From IMG/VR virus record IMGVR_UViG_3300008116_000011, positions 64,001-128,000 of that record: a stretch of 64,000 bases of DNA. One strand, 5' to 3'. The notes below the pieces were generated by a model, which worked only from the letters and a program-made list of their open reading frames with translations, had not been told where the DNA came from and ran no database searches. Positions 46,132 through 57,023 of the stretch are shown piece after piece (the first letter of the stretch is position 1; each line of letters starts with the position of its first letter). This DNA is from a virus. Both the position numbers and the translations under genes were made by a program.

Positions 46132-47499
46132 TTAGGATGAACTAAGAATAAAGTTTTTCAGGAAATCCTTCTCATCTCTATCTAAAGTATTGTAATCAGT
46201 AGGTTTTTTAGATACTCCATTAGTCGGTTCTTCTATATCTAGAAAATCCTCGTATATATCTATATGTCCTGTTGAAGTATCTATTTTAGAGGCAAATGTC
46301 ATACCATCGGCACCTAATCTGTTCTTCATAATATGCCAACGTCCCGTACCTTCTAATTTGTCTTTTCTATTACGTGCTAATGATACCACTATATCCCCAA
46401 TCATCAATTTAGAATAAGAACCTGCTATATTATCTCCTTCAATAATATCACTTTTAGCACCTGTTCTATTTGCTTGTGAAGGTGTTACAATAGGTAATCC
46501 TAATTCACGAGCTAATCCTCGAACACTAGTGTATATATCTTCTGTTCCTTCTAATCTATCACGAGCTGTGTTTTTAAGCAAGTCGATATAATCAATAAAG
46601 ATGATATCTGGTATAAATTCATATTGAGTTTTAAGTTGTTCAATATGTTGTTCAATATTGTCTAGTGTAGTTTTTCCTGATGCAAATTCTTTAATTTTAA
46701 TTTTACCAGGTAAATTTTCTACTATTTGTTCAATTTCAGCTCTATGTTTTGTAATTTGATCTACAGGTACATTTAGAATGTTTGCGTCAATACGTCTTGC
46801 AACATATGTTTCACTTAATTCAAGTGTATAATACAATACATTATATCCTAATTTAGCAGCATGAGCAGCCATTGCAATAATAGCCCACGATTTACCTCCA
46901 CCAGGATTACCAAATACAATACCTAATTCACCTTTACCAATACCTCCTTGTGTAATATTATTAAATGTATCCCAAGGAAATGGAATAGGTCCTCTATTAT
47001 CTTCACGATAACGAGTTTCAACATCTTTTTCATATTCATGTCCTATTGATCTTACTTCACCTATTTTAAGTGCGTTAAGAATAATTTGACGAATAGAATC
47101 AAAATCATTTGTAACAAGCAAATCTGCTGATGTTACAATTGCTTTTTTCATTTGTTGGTTTTTACAAAAACCTAAAAATTCATCTTTAATGTATTGGATA
47201 TCTGTTTGTTCTGATTCACGATATGCTTGTACTAGCTGTTCTTTAATAGCAATTTTAAGTACATCGTTATCTATTTTTTGCACTTCAACTTTAATAGCAT
47301 CCATTGACGGAACAGTGTGATACTTATTAAAATATTTAAGTATTTCTTTGATAATCCATTGATGAGACGTGTTTTCAAAGTATTCATCGCTTAATGATTC
47401 AGAAATAGTAATTAAAAAATCTCGATCTGTCAGCAAGGCACCCATTACTTTTGTTTGGAAAGTAGGTCCGTACTGAGATAATTTACTCAGAGTTGTCAT
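46132..47499 (-). CDS. replicative helicase (DnaB/gp41)
   Basis: GNPGGGKS, TLEL, IDYID, SQANR, KNR.G. Confidence 0.92.
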   Translation of the reverse strand: MTTLSKLSQYGPTFQTKVMGALLTDRDFLITISESLSDEYFENTSHQWIIKEILKYFNKYHTVPSMDAIKVEVQKIDNDVLKIAIKEQLVQAYRESEQTDIQYIKDEFLGFCKNQQMKKAIVTSADLLVTNDFDSIRQIILNALKIGEVRSIGHEYEKDVETRYREDNRGPIPFPWDTFNNITQGGIGKGELGIVFGNPGGGKSWAIIAMAAHAAKLGYNVLYYTLELSETYVARRIDANILNVPVDQITKHRAEIEQIVENLPGKIKIKEFASGKTTLDNIEQHIEQLKTQYEFIPDIIFIDYIDLLKNTARDRLEGTEDIYTSVRGLARELGLPIVTPSQANRTGAKSDIIEGDNIAGSYSKLMIGDIVVSLARNRKDKLEGTGRWHIMKNRLGADGMTFASKIDTSTGHIDIYEDFLDIEEPTNGVSKKPTDYNTLDRDEKDFLKNFILSSS

Positions 47500-47517
47500 A
47501 CGTAACTTTTATTTTTG

Positions 47518-47549
47518 TAAATATACTATTTTAAAATAAGGGATCCAAA
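47518..47549 (-). promoter_or_regulatory. Bacteroidota-type promoter
   Basis: TTTG-N20-TATATTTA. Confidence 0.7.
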
Positions 47550-48551
47550 AGTTTCTACTAACCATCCTTGGGTGTTACCAATAGAATTTTTTAGACCATC
47601 AGTCTCATAAAGCATTAAAAAACCACCTATATTTAAATTATTTATATCCTCATTTAGTGATTCAAATATAACCTGTTGATCAGGTTGAGAAATATTAGGT
47701 GATCTAAGATTCATCAATTGATAATTAATATCTAGTTGATGTTTAAAATCTAAAACACTACCATATAAAGCATTAACGTCAATATTATCTTGACATACTT
47801 CATATATTTCTCTTAAAGTATATTCAATATCATCACTTAGAGCAAATAATTTTACTGCTTTTTTAGGTCCTATTCCTTTTACTCCTGGAAGATTATCTGA
47901 TTGATCTCCCATTAGTGTTTTGTAAAGTAAAAAATTATTAGGATGCACTCCAAATTCTTCAAGTACATCTTTAGTTTTATATGTTTTACGTTTAGTAGGA
48001 GAGTAAACTGATGTTTTGTCACTAATTAATTGGTAGAAGTCTTTATCAGCAGACATAATAGTAATTTCTTTACATTCTTTATCATTTTCAAAATGATTAA
48101 CAATGTATCCTATACTATCATCTGCTTCTATTTTATCAATTGAAACTAAAGTGACAGGAAGCTGTTTTAAATATTGGATAAGGCGAGTCATTTGCCCAAC
48201 CATCGCTTCGCTTTCATCGTCCTTATTTTCAAATACATCCCAATTAGTAACGCGAGTAACATTTCTATTTCCTTTGTATTGTGGATATAGGTTTTTCTTA
48301 TTATTAGTACTACCTAAACCATCAAATACTAGTACTACTCGGGTAGGACGGAAAGTTTTAATAGCGTATCCAACACTTCTTAGATATCCCACAAGACCAC
48401 CAATATGGTGGCCTGCAGGATTCATAAGGTTAACAGTAGAGAAACTACGAATAAAAGTATTCATTGAATCTACTATAAGTATTCTACTGTTACGTGTTGG
48501 TTTTTCTCCTAAGGAATTAATAATTTGGTTTAAAAACTTTTTGTCAAACAT
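47526..48551 (-). CDS. 5'-3' exonuclease / flap endonuclease (T4 RNase H-like)
   Basis: VD..N, VFDG, YKGNR, EADD, SADKD, GD.SDNLPGV.GIG.K. Confidence 0.93.
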   Translation of the reverse strand: MFDKKFLNQIINSLGEKPTRNSRILIVDSMNTFIRSFSTVNLMNPAGHHIGGLVGYLRSVGYAIKTFRPTRVVLVFDGLGSTNNKKNLYPQYKGNRNVTRVTNWDVFENKDDESEAMVGQMTRLIQYLKQLPVTLVSIDKIEADDSIGYIVNHFENDKECKEITIMSADKDFYQLISDKTSVYSPTKRKTYKTKDVLEEFGVHPNNFLLYKTLMGDQSDNLPGVKGIGPKKAVKLFALSDDIEYTLREIYEVCQDNIDVNALYGSVLDFKHQLDINYQLMNLRSPNISQPDQQVIFESLNEDINNLNIGGFLMLYETDGLKNSIGNTQGWLVETFGSLILK

Positions 48552-49633
48552 TATTCTGGTTCTTGTTCAAATCCCACATCATGAATAAGATCATCTCTTT
48601 CCTCAACAATATCAAAATCGTTTGTACCAAGTTTTTCAAGCCACTCTGCTGAGTGTAGCTTTTTGTATTCATCAATTGCTTTTTTATCATCATCAATAAA
48701 ACCATGAGTAGTCATGATGATAGTTCCTTTTGATGAAATACCATTTACGTGGTTCTTTTCAACTTGAATTTTAGTACGTTTAGCAAATTCAACGTCTTTA
48801 CCGTTTTTGGTTGCTTTAATTTTGTTTGTACCAGCATTTGATACATTACCAAATGTAATGATAAATGTTGCATCATACCACATTGCCATTCCACCTTTAT
48901 TCATCATTTTAGGTTGAGACATTGGTGTTTCTGCCTTTGCTGTCCAAACTTTATTAACACATACTAATGTATTTGTATAGGGGTAAGATTCCTTACGTGA
49001 TAATAGGATCTTTTGGTTTACACCGTTAGAAAATTGAGTTGACATTGCACCTGCAATCCACTCATTATTATTTTTTCCTGAGTTGAGTGACATTTGGCAC
49101 GTAATACTTCCAATTGAATCCCAAAAGAATGCTAAGTCATGAGGCAGATTACCTTTCTTTTGTTCATCTAATAAATCAGAAATAAAAGATGCTACGTCTT
49201 CAACTGTATTTAGGTTGCTTCTATCAGCAAATATAAAGAAACCATTATAATCCGCTACGGCACCATTTTCATCAGGTATTTCCTCAAATTGCAGACCCAT
49301 TTCACGAGCATGCTCCCAATTCCATTTCATCTCTGTGATTAGGAATACAGGTAATACACCCATTTTTTGAGCTGCTACTGCTGCTTCTAACATTGCTGTT
49401 GTTTTGCCTGTATCCGAGTGACCACGTAACAAAGTTATGTGGCCCATCGGAATACCAGGTACAGAAGTAACATCTTGAAAAGCTTGTGATAGTGGAATCC
49501 ACTTTTGTTCTTTAAATTTAACAGCTGTAGTTAGATATTTTGCCTGTTTAAAAGCATCTAAATCAAATGACTTGCCAGGAGAACTTTTAATGGCAGAAGA
49601 TGCTGCCTCATTTAAACTTTTACCACGAGCCAT
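48551..49633 (-). CDS. RecA/UvsX-like recombinase
   Basis: GIPMG, GHSDTGKT, WDSIG, GG, KNH. Confidence 0.85.
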   Translation of the reverse strand: MARGKSLNEAASSAIKSSPGKSFDLDAFKQAKYLTTAVKFKEQKWIPLSQAFQDVTSVPGIPMGHITLLRGHSDTGKTTAMLEAAVAAQKMGVLPVFLITEMKWNWEHAREMGLQFEEIPDENGAVADYNGFFIFADRSNLNTVEDVASFISDLLDEQKKGNLPHDLAFFWDSIGSITCQMSLNSGKNNNEWIAGAMSTQFSNGVNQKILLSRKESYPYTNTLVCVNKVWTAKAETPMSQPKMMNKGGMAMWYDATFIITFGNVSNAGTNKIKATKNGKDVEFAKRTKIQVEKNHVNGISSKGTIIMTTHGFIDDDKKAIDEYKKLHSAEWLEKLGTNDFDIVEERDDLIHDVGFEQEPE

Positions 49634-49635
49634 AA

Positions 49636-50442
49636 TTATTCGTTAAATAGGTCATTAAATTTGTCTGCTTTAGATTGCTTAGCCTGCAAGTTAAAATTTT
49701 GGTCTTGCTTTTTTTCCCAAGGTAAATCACCCTCTTCCTCTTCGTCCTTAGCAACAATTGGCTCTTCAGTATCTTCTTCAGGATTAGCCCATTTTTGGAA
49801 GATTTCGTTCAAGCTCTCATAAGTGTGATGCTTATTAATTGCTAAAATGTCAGGTTGCTCTTCAAGCCAACCATTAATGGCATCAGCATCATCAGAAAGT
49901 GGAGTTGTTTTTACACGTGGGGTAAGGTTACATTTAATACCTTTACGACCTGCAATGTCTGCTTCAACAGCTTCAATGACAAAATCACGACCATCTTGAA
50001 TATCGGTATAATCACCGTAATCTTCATTCATGGCAATGTTCATAAGTTGTGTGTAAAGTTCTTTACCAAATTCCCACAAACGAACACCCATTTGCTCTTC
50101 ACCACGTACAATAACAGGAGCAAATACTCTCATTTTAGGAGTAATTTTCTTTGCCATCTGCCAATGATCAGGATTGTCTGATTTGCGAAGCTTTTGAGCT
50201 GCTTCTACAATTGGATCAGCTTCACCCCAGTTGGTTAGTGCAAGGATAGGTCCTTTTGTGTAGCCATAGTGAAAATAAATTTCACGGAATGGAGTCGATT
50301 TGTTAAACTTAGAAGGAACAATACGAATCTGGTATTTACCAGCTTTTGGTTTCCAGAAAATCTTTGTGTAGTCGATTTTCTCTCTTTTTTCTCCTTTACT
50401 CTGGAAGGAGTCCAGTTTGTTTTTAATTAATGATAAATCCAT
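49636..50442 (-). CDS. single-stranded DNA-binding protein (gp32-like)
   Basis: FWKP..G...IRIVP, LWEFGK, D.TD...GRD, acidic tail ending FNDLF. Confidence 0.8.
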   Translation of the reverse strand: MDLSLIKNKLDSFQSKGEKREKIDYTKIFWKPKAGKYQIRIVPSKFNKSTPFREIYFHYGYTKGPILALTNWGEADPIVEAAQKLRKSDNPDHWQMAKKITPKMRVFAPVIVRGEEQMGVRLWEFGKELYTQLMNIAMNEDYGDYTDIQDGRDFVIEAVEADIAGRKGIKCNLTPRVKTTPLSDDADAINGWLEEQPDILAINKHHTYESLNEIFQKWANPEEDTEEPIVAKDEEEEGDLPWEKKQDQNFNLQAKQSKADKFNDLFNE

Positions 50443-50464
50443 AACATTTTTTATTTTGTGACAA

Positions 50465-50496
50465 TAAATATAAGAAATTAGGATTGGGTATCCAAA
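50465..50496 (-). promoter_or_regulatory. Bacteroidota-type promoter for SSB-recA
   Basis: TTTG-N20-TATATTTA. Confidence 0.7.
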
Positions 50497-50520
50497 AACG
50501 GTACTGGTTTTATTTTATTA

Positions 50521-50841
50521 TTACATAAGATCCCTTAACCATTGCAATACTTCCCTTAATTCATCATCTTTTAAATGATATATATCTTCAGAAGTAATAT
50601 AACCTTTTTCATCAAAAGCATCAATAAAACCATATTCTAATCCTATACGCTCTAATTCCTCGCGTAAAACATTATAATACCCCACATATGGATCACCATC
50701 CCACTGATGTTCAGCTTTACGAGCTAAATTATTAAATAAATCAACTATACCTAGGAATTGTGGTTGTACAGGTACAACTTTAGCCTCATTAATTCCTGCT
50801 AGTTTTTGCAGGCGTTGAGCTTCTGTGATGTACTGTTTCAT
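50521..50841 (-). CDS. hypothetical protein, possible internal head protein
   Basis: N-terminus MKQYITEAQRLQKLAGINE; TATTTATA 3 nt upstream. Confidence 0.5.
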   Translation of the reverse strand: MKQYITEAQRLQKLAGINEAKVVPVQPQFLGIVDLFNNLARKAEHQWDGDPYVGYYNVLREELERIGLEYGFIDAFDEKGYITSEDIYHLKDDELREVLQWLRDLM

Positions 50842-50852
50842 GGATATAAATA

Positions 50853-51314
50853 CTAGATCTCTACTATCTTGTAGATCTTAGTGTGTACTTTCCTTAAACC
50901 ACCGTCTTGAGTAAGCAATATAGTATTGCGGTGATCCAACCAATTAACTCTATAATTAGTATCTAATATACCTCCGTTTAATTCACGAATTAATGCATTA
51001 AGAGCATTAATTGTATATAATGTATTACTTTCTTTTTTGCGATGCAGCAATATTGTATTGGAAAGAGCATTTTGTGAATTGTTATTCACAATATCAATGT
51101 TGTAAGTAAGAATTAATTCATCTGTATCTGGTGATTCCAATACAAATATTTTATTATATAAAATAGCATAACGCGTAGTTAAGCTATTTAATGTCTCATC
51201 TAATCTGTTGTGCTCAATAAAGGTGCAAAATAATTTATTTCCCGCCATTTCATCAATAAGAATGTTCTCAAATTCATAACTGGTCATAAATATGGGGTGT
51301 TCTAGTGTAGACAT
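50853..51314 (-). CDS. hypothetical phage protein
   Basis: LFCTF, HRKKESNTLYTINALN. Confidence 0.6.
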   Translation of the reverse strand: MSTLEHPIFMTSYEFENILIDEMAGNKLFCTFIEHNRLDETLNSLTTRYAILYNKIFVLESPDTDELILTYNIDIVNNNSQNALSNTILLHRKKESNTLYTINALNALIRELNGGILDTNYRVNWLDHRNTILLTQDGGLRKVHTKIYKIVEI

Positions 51315-51320
51315 TATGTT

Positions 51321-52598
51321 TTAGTTTAATCCGTTATAGTTAGTTCCTGTTTTTACTCGTACAGGGTATTGGAGTTTAGCGATAAGTTCATTGATTTTTT
51401 GCGTTTCTTCACGCGATACATCAATAAGCACAGAATCGTATGTGTATAGTATTATACGTGATTTTAATGGTCTAAATTCATTAAATAATGAATAAAATTG
51501 TGTGACATTCTGCGAAGTCTCATAATTCTGAATGTAGTAGTTTAATATTTTTTGTGGGTTAGGGTTGTCAATATCTTTTAGTCTAAAGCGTTTACCAGAT
51601 AGCATTTCAATAAACCCACTATAGTTAATAGTGTCCCATAGATCTTCGGTAAATGCTTGTATATTTTTAAAAAATGGTTTACTTTGCAATTCAGGTCTAA
51701 TACCTCCATACAAATTTTGGAATGTTATTTCTTTAACTTTAGATGTATCGGGGTTGTTTAGTATTTTTCCTATTTGACTATATACACTTGTTTCTTTATC
51801 AAACTTGTAGTCTACAATTGTACCAAGAAGACGCGGATGGTACCCGTTAAAGTCAATTTCAATAAATAAATCGTTGTGTGGTATAAAACATTCACGTTCA
51901 CCATTTTCTTTATTTAAGGCAGCAAAGTTTATACCATTGAAGCTATTAGAAGGGCGCCCAGTGAGAGTAAATAAATTATAAGAAGTGTAAATAACTCCTT
52001 GTTTGACTGAAAAATGCGGTGTAAGGTGGTTTTCATGATACTTAATAAAACATGTTTTATCTAATTTAATACCTTCTTTTTCTATCTTAAAAAACACCTC
52101 GATTGCTTTATTCATAGCATCAGTGTTTTTAAGTAGGTAAGGTTTTACTACATCATAAATATTCTCACAATACTCATAATGTTTAGAGATAGGTATAAGC
52201 TCATTAACATTTTTTAAAGAACCATGCTCACGATAAAAATTAGAGATAATTATTGGTTCGCATTTATCAAAATCAAACCTACTATTTTCTGTTAAAGCAT
52301 AATGAAATGAGGCATCATTAATTTTACCACTAAGAAAATATTTAGTATACTTTGCATCAACAGCATACAATTCCTTTTCGGATAGATATTTTTTAATTGT
52401 TTGCCATTTTAAACTAAGCGATTCACTATGCTTAATACAAAATATATAACCTTTACTATTAAATGGCTTTACATACACAAGTGAAACTTCGGCAATAGCA
52501 GGATGATAATTGTTGTTATTTGTAATTATATGAACAAAACATTTATCAAAGGGAGGTATGTGTTGTAACTGTTCTTCTTTCTCAATAATATAAAACAT
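51321..52598 (-). CDS. compact family A DNA polymerase-like protein
   Basis: TGRPS, DFNGYHPRL (motif A), K...FQNLYG (motif B), NYYIQ, YTYDS (motif C). Confidence 0.8.
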   Translation of the reverse strand: MFYIIEKEEQLQHIPPFDKCFVHIITNNNNYHPAIAEVSLVYVKPFNSKGYIFCIKHSESLSLKWQTIKKYLSEKELYAVDAKYTKYFLSGKINDASFHYALTENSRFDFDKCEPIIISNFYREHGSLKNVNELIPISKHYEYCENIYDVVKPYLLKNTDAMNKAIEVFFKIEKEGIKLDKTCFIKYHENHLTPHFSVKQGVIYTSYNLFTLTGRPSNSFNGINFAALNKENGERECFIPHNDLFIEIDFNGYHPRLLGTIVDYKFDKETSVYSQIGKILNNPDTSKVKEITFQNLYGGIRPELQSKPFFKNIQAFTEDLWDTINYSGFIEMLSGKRFRLKDIDNPNPQKILNYYIQNYETSQNVTQFYSLFNEFRPLKSRIILYTYDSVLIDVSREETQKINELIAKLQYPVRVKTGTNYNGLN

Positions 52599-52617
52599 AA
52601 CCTTTATCTTTATACAT

Positions 52618-52649
52618 TAAATGTATGTATAAAACTTTAGGTTACCAAA
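52618..52649 (-). promoter_or_regulatory. Bacteroidota-type promoter
   Basis: TTTG-N20-TACATTTA. Confidence 0.65.
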
Positions 52650-53110
52650 AATTCTCTTAACCCTGGCATTTGTTGATTGGCTTCATCTAACGTTGTTGTA
52701 TTAGGATTGTATTGTATTACCTGATAATCTGAAGCTGATTTATTTGTTAATTCATTGTATGCTTTTTGATCTATTTCTTTTATAAGGATGTTTGGATTAG
52801 TTAAGTCTTTATAGAAATATCTTATCTCACTTCCTTTTGTATTAAAAACAGAACCTGCTTTTGTAGGTAAAGTACCAGCAGCTAATGCACCGGCAGCAGC
52901 TGCAGCAGCTCCTAAAAGATTATATTTTTCTAATGGTTTAGAATTTTCAGTATATGTTTTGCCACTAAAATATTTGTTACCATTTATTATACTGTAGAAC
53001 CCAATGTATGGAAGTTTTGATCGTACAAAACGTAAAGAAATATTTTTTCCAATACCAGTACCATTGGTATATTGATTTTCTACAATTTTATTTTTTGGCA
53101 CTTGAATCAT
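52637..53110 (-). CDS. hypothetical protein (baseplate operon)
   Basis: Coupled to the hub gene. Confidence 0.55.
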   Translation of the reverse strand: MIQVPKNKIVENQYTNGTGIGKNISLRFVRSKLPYIGFYSIINGNKYFSGKTYTENSKPLEKYNLLGAAAAAAGALAAGTLPTKAGSVFNTKGSEIRYFYKDLTNPNILIKEIDQKAYNELTNKSASDYQVIQYNPNTTTLDEANQQMPGLREFLVT

Positions 53111-56100
53111 TAGAATACAATTTTAATATCTTTAACACCCAGTACAGATTTTTTTCCTACTCCCGTACGAGTATAAGTTAATGTTACTCCTATTTGTGCT
53201 AGTTTTGCTTTTATAGAATCAGTTGTTATTAAATCTTCGTCTCCAAGTTCACTGTTTAATATATTTTCTATATTTACAAGTTTATTTATTTGAGCAAATG
53301 TTTCTTTATCTTTTATTCTACCTATTGCATTAACTAAACCTTTTTCATCCGTTCCAGCTCCTCCAATTCCAGGAGAGGCAGCTTTGTTAATGTCACTAAT
53401 AATAGAATTTATCTCAGCGTTAGGATCAGTAGGTGATGTATAATTACCAAATTCACCAGCTCTTATACGTGCTAATATGTCTTGAGTATATTCTATTCTT
53501 TTACCTGTTTCTGGTGCCCTTAATACTTCATCATATGTTACTCCATCTAGTATAGTTATGCCAGCGTATCTTTCATAAAAAGCAGCAGCTACAATTGCTT
53601 CTTCTAATGTTTTGGATCTTTTTAATCTATCTCCTGCATTTTTTTCATCCTCGCTAAATTCTTCAATAACAAAATTTAATTGAGTTATTAAACTAGTAGG
53701 TTCTGCTTTAGATAATAATTTTGTTTTTCTATAACTTAACCATTGAGCTATTCCTATTGCTCCTATACTGTTTACTATTTCAGGATTTACTCTAGATTCT
53801 TGAACAAATCCTCCTACTAAAGCAGCTACCTGGATGTCAGTAAATCCTTTATCTAAGAAGAAACGAACTGCCTTTCTTAAATTATTTTGATTTATAGTTT
53901 TAGTACTTAATCGTGCAATAGGTACTCCTCCAGCAGATATAGTAATAATTCGTTCTCCAGGTTTAGGTCCAGGATATTCTTGTTGTTTCCAATCTTTAAG
54001 AACATTTGTTCCTTGTTTAAGCTCATATATAATAGGATATGCTTTTAATGTTGTAGTCCAATCATTATCTTGAATAGTATGTTCTATTCTAGTTACTATG
54101 TATGCTACTCGTCTGTCAGATGTTGATTTATAGCCTTTAGGGATAATATCTTGATTTATAGTGAAAATATTACCTATTACAATTCCTCCAATGCCATCTA
54201 AAGTAACAGATAATTCTGTTGGTATAATTGCTTTAAAATTATTTCTTTCATCAATTCTAGCTAGGTATGCTAAAAAATCTCTATAAGCAAAATTTAACCC
54301 TCCATAAGCAAAGCTAAGATTATCTTTAGCACGTCCTTGAGTAGCTTGAAAATAATCGTACATTTTAGTTAAAAAAGGATATATAAAAGTAACAGGATTA
54401 TCTTCTTTATCTAATTTAATTAAAGAGGTAAAATCACGTTTTGGTATTAATCTATCAACTATCCCATTATTCCATGCTACTAATGTAGCGTTATCATATC
54501 CCAATTTACCAATACCCGTAACATCTTGAGCACTAATCGCTATAATTGACCCCATTTCTGGGAATATTTTAGATTGGAAACTATAGCTACGTACTATGGA
54601 ATTTAGATTATGTATTTGTAGTAGAAAGAGATCTTCTGTTGGTTCTTCTGTATAATTAATATCTATAATTCTTCCAATTGCATTTCTATTATCTACTTGT
54701 AGATCAAAATTATTTATGTTTCCTAAACTATTTTGTATTTCTCTTAAAATACCTTGTAAATATTCTCTAATAGATATTACGCTTTTATTTTGGGTGTCAT
54801 TAGAAGCAACATTTCTAGAAATAGCTTGTGAATATAAGAAATTTATATTTACATAAATATTTGCAATATTACCTATAGATTTTGTTTGTTCTGAAGTAAT
54901 AGGGAGTAAAAATTCATTTATATCTGAGCTTACTCCGGGAGCTTTGGATGCTTCATTAGCTAATGCATCTACTACCTCAGGTATTTCTTTAGTTAGTTGT
55001 TCTTGAATAAGGGTATTTATTGGTACTCGTGTAAGAGCAGATTCCAATAAAGCTTTTATATCTTCACGTTTCCATGTTCTATTTTGATCTCTAAGAATAT
55101 TTCTTCCACCCGCTGGGTCTTCATCAAATCCCCATATTCTATTTCCATCATAATCTTCTATAAATAAATCTTTATATGCTTGGTTTATTTTTTCTTCAAA
55201 AGTAAGAGAAGTAATTTCGGCTCCTTTTTTACCTGTTCTATCAGCTTCTGTTTGGCTTTGATAAAAATAATCAAAAAAGTTTATTGTTTTTGCATTCTCA
55301 GCAAATGTAGAAGAAATAAATGATCTTGCTCCATTTGGTGCAAACAAGAAAGTAGGAACTTGTTTACCGTTAACGTTCCTTACATCTACTTTTAAAATAG
55401 CATTTAATAAATCAGAAGCTAATGCTTCAACATCTGCTGCTAAGTCTCCTGCATACACGTAATTATTGTCATCTGCAGGATTGGTTATTTTATTTTGAAA
55501 TCTGTTAGCTACATTTCCTGGGTTTTCAAATGATCCTTTACTAATAGCTATTAAAATATCATTTTTTACAGATTTAGCTGGGAGTGTTGTGGTTTGGTTT
55601 GATTCTTCATCTTTAGCTGCATTTTCTGCTTGTATTACTAGTGATTGCCAGTTATCATTTCTTACTAGGCAAACTCCTAAGTTGGTAGATATAGAAAGAG
55701 GATTAGCTATACATTTTAAAGAAGAAGGAACTTCAATTGAATTTGAAGGTATAGGAATTTGTGGTATTTTACTTGAATTTAAAAACTCATTAGGCTTATA
55801 TAATGGAAGTTTAGTAAAATCCTTTACTACTTGTTTCTTCTCAGTTAATACTCGACCACTAGCATCCATTTCATATGCTGTTACTTGAGATAAAGGATTA
55901 TTATTTACGCCTTTAAGTAAAACATAGTTATTTAATAAGTCACAAAAACTACCTAAAGTTATATAGGCTTCAGCTAATATATCTTTTCCTAATGGTTTAG
56001 GATATCCGTTTCTATCATTTTGTGTAATAGCTGTATTGTTTGGATTTTTGTATAAGTCATATTTAGTTTTAAAAGTAGGATCAATAAATTGCTCACTAGC

Positions 56101-57018
56101 AGCACTACTAACAGTTTTAGACTCTAAATAAATCCATAATTCATGAAGTAATCCAGGAATTATACCTTGTTCATATGATGTAGCTATTTCTTGATATTTT
56201 CCTAATGATCCTTGACCAAGTAATCCGGAGCCATTTGTATCAAAAGCATATGTGTTAATTGGTACCCAGTTTACTTTTAATGATTCTAATACTTCACCTA
56301 ATGATATAATTGTAGTAGTGCAATCATAACCCCCATCATCACGAGCAGACCAATTATAGTTTGTTACGTACCCTAATAAAGCATCATAATTACCTTTACT
56401 ATCTGTAATTTTTTGGTATATTTCAACAAATGCTTCAGTTAATTCAATATCTTTTTTATTTAAAATATCATATTCAGGTATTATAGGTTTGGCAAAATCC
56501 CAACCAAATTCTAAAAGTACAGTATACCCTGGGCGCATGAATAGTAGTTCTAATTCTTCTAGTTGTCTAACATCCCAAGCAACAAATGATACTGTTGCTT
56601 CTTGTAATGAGCCATAAGCACCTTTATTTTTTACAGATACCCCAGTAATACCGGCCATTGGTCTTATACCTAATCGATATTTTTCACCAGAGGCATTAGC
56701 AGTACCGTATGCATTAGTAGAAAATGCACCTCCTAAACCTGCTTTTAAAGCATATGCATTAGAAATTTCTCCTGTTTTCTCATCAACAACTGAACCTTTA
56801 TATGTTAGTGTACCTGCTTGAAGAACATATTTTTTAGCTAAATCATTACTTACAATCCCGTCTTTGTTCGCAGTATTTACTCCTGAGGTCATTCTAACCC
56901 AGGCACTTCTGGTGTTAAGTTCATGAACAAATCTAGGAGTACGTGTAAATATTCCATTTTGTCTTCTATCTAACTCTTCTTGTATAAATTCAGGAAATGT
57001 TTCGCGAAATATTGACAT
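53110..57018 (-). CDS. baseplate hub-like protein with phage tail lysozyme domain and C-terminal annexin-like repeat
   Basis: N-terminal PG...LLEFGW; late H.I....W.T.L; AALVG.F.QES..NP, GIAQW; G.GTDE. Confidence 0.7.
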   Translation of the reverse strand: MSIFRETFPEFIQEELDRRQNGIFTRTPRFVHELNTRSAWVRMTSGVNTANKDGIVSNDLAKKYVLQAGTLTYKGSVVDEKTGEISNAYALKAGLGGAFSTNAYGTANASGEKYRLGIRPMAGITGVSVKNKGAYGSLQEATVSFVAWDVRQLEELELLFMRPGYTVLLEFGWDFAKPIIPEYDILNKKDIELTEAFVEIYQKITDSKGNYDALLGYVTNYNWSARDDGGYDCTTTIISLGEVLESLKVNWVPINTYAFDTNGSGLLGQGSLGKYQEIATSYEQGIIPGLLHELWIYLESKTVSSAASEQFIDPTFKTKYDLYKNPNNTAITQNDRNGYPKPLGKDILAEAYITLGSFCDLLNNYVLLKGVNNNPLSQVTAYEMDASGRVLTEKKQVVKDFTKLPLYKPNEFLNSSKIPQIPIPSNSIEVPSSLKCIANPLSISTNLGVCLVRNDNWQSLVIQAENAAKDEESNQTTTLPAKSVKNDILIAISKGSFENPGNVANRFQNKITNPADDNNYVYAGDLAADVEALASDLLNAILKVDVRNVNGKQVPTFLFAPNGARSFISSTFAENAKTINFFDYFYQSQTEADRTGKKGAEITSLTFEEKINQAYKDLFIEDYDGNRIWGFDEDPAGGRNILRDQNRTWKREDIKALLESALTRVPINTLIQEQLTKEIPEVVDALANEASKAPGVSSDINEFLLPITSEQTKSIGNIANIYVNINFLYSQAISRNVASNDTQNKSVISIREYLQGILREIQNSLGNINNFDLQVDNRNAIGRIIDINYTEEPTEDLFLLQIHNLNSIVRSYSFQSKIFPEMGSIIAISAQDVTGIGKLGYDNATLVAWNNGIVDRLIPKRDFTSLIKLDKEDNPVTFIYPFLTKMYDYFQATQGRAKDNLSFAYGGLNFAYRDFLAYLARIDERNNFKAIIPTELSVTLDGIGGIVIGNIFTINQDIIPKGYKSTSDRRVAYIVTRIEHTIQDNDWTTTLKAYPIIYELKQGTNVLKDWKQQEYPGPKPGERIITISAGGVPIARLSTKTINQNNLRKAVRFFLDKGFTDIQVAALVGGFVQESRVNPEIVNSIGAIGIAQWLSYRKTKLLSKAEPTSLITQLNFVIEEFSEDEKNAGDRLKRSKTLEEAIVAAAFYERYAGITILDGVTYDEVLRAPETGKRIEYTQDILARIRAGEFGNYTSPTDPNAEINSIISDINKAASPGIGGAGTDEKGLVNAIGRIKDKETFAQINKLVNIENILNSELGDEDLITTDSIKAKLAQIGVTLTYTRTGVGKKSVLGVKDIKIVF

Positions 57019-57023
57019 AACAT

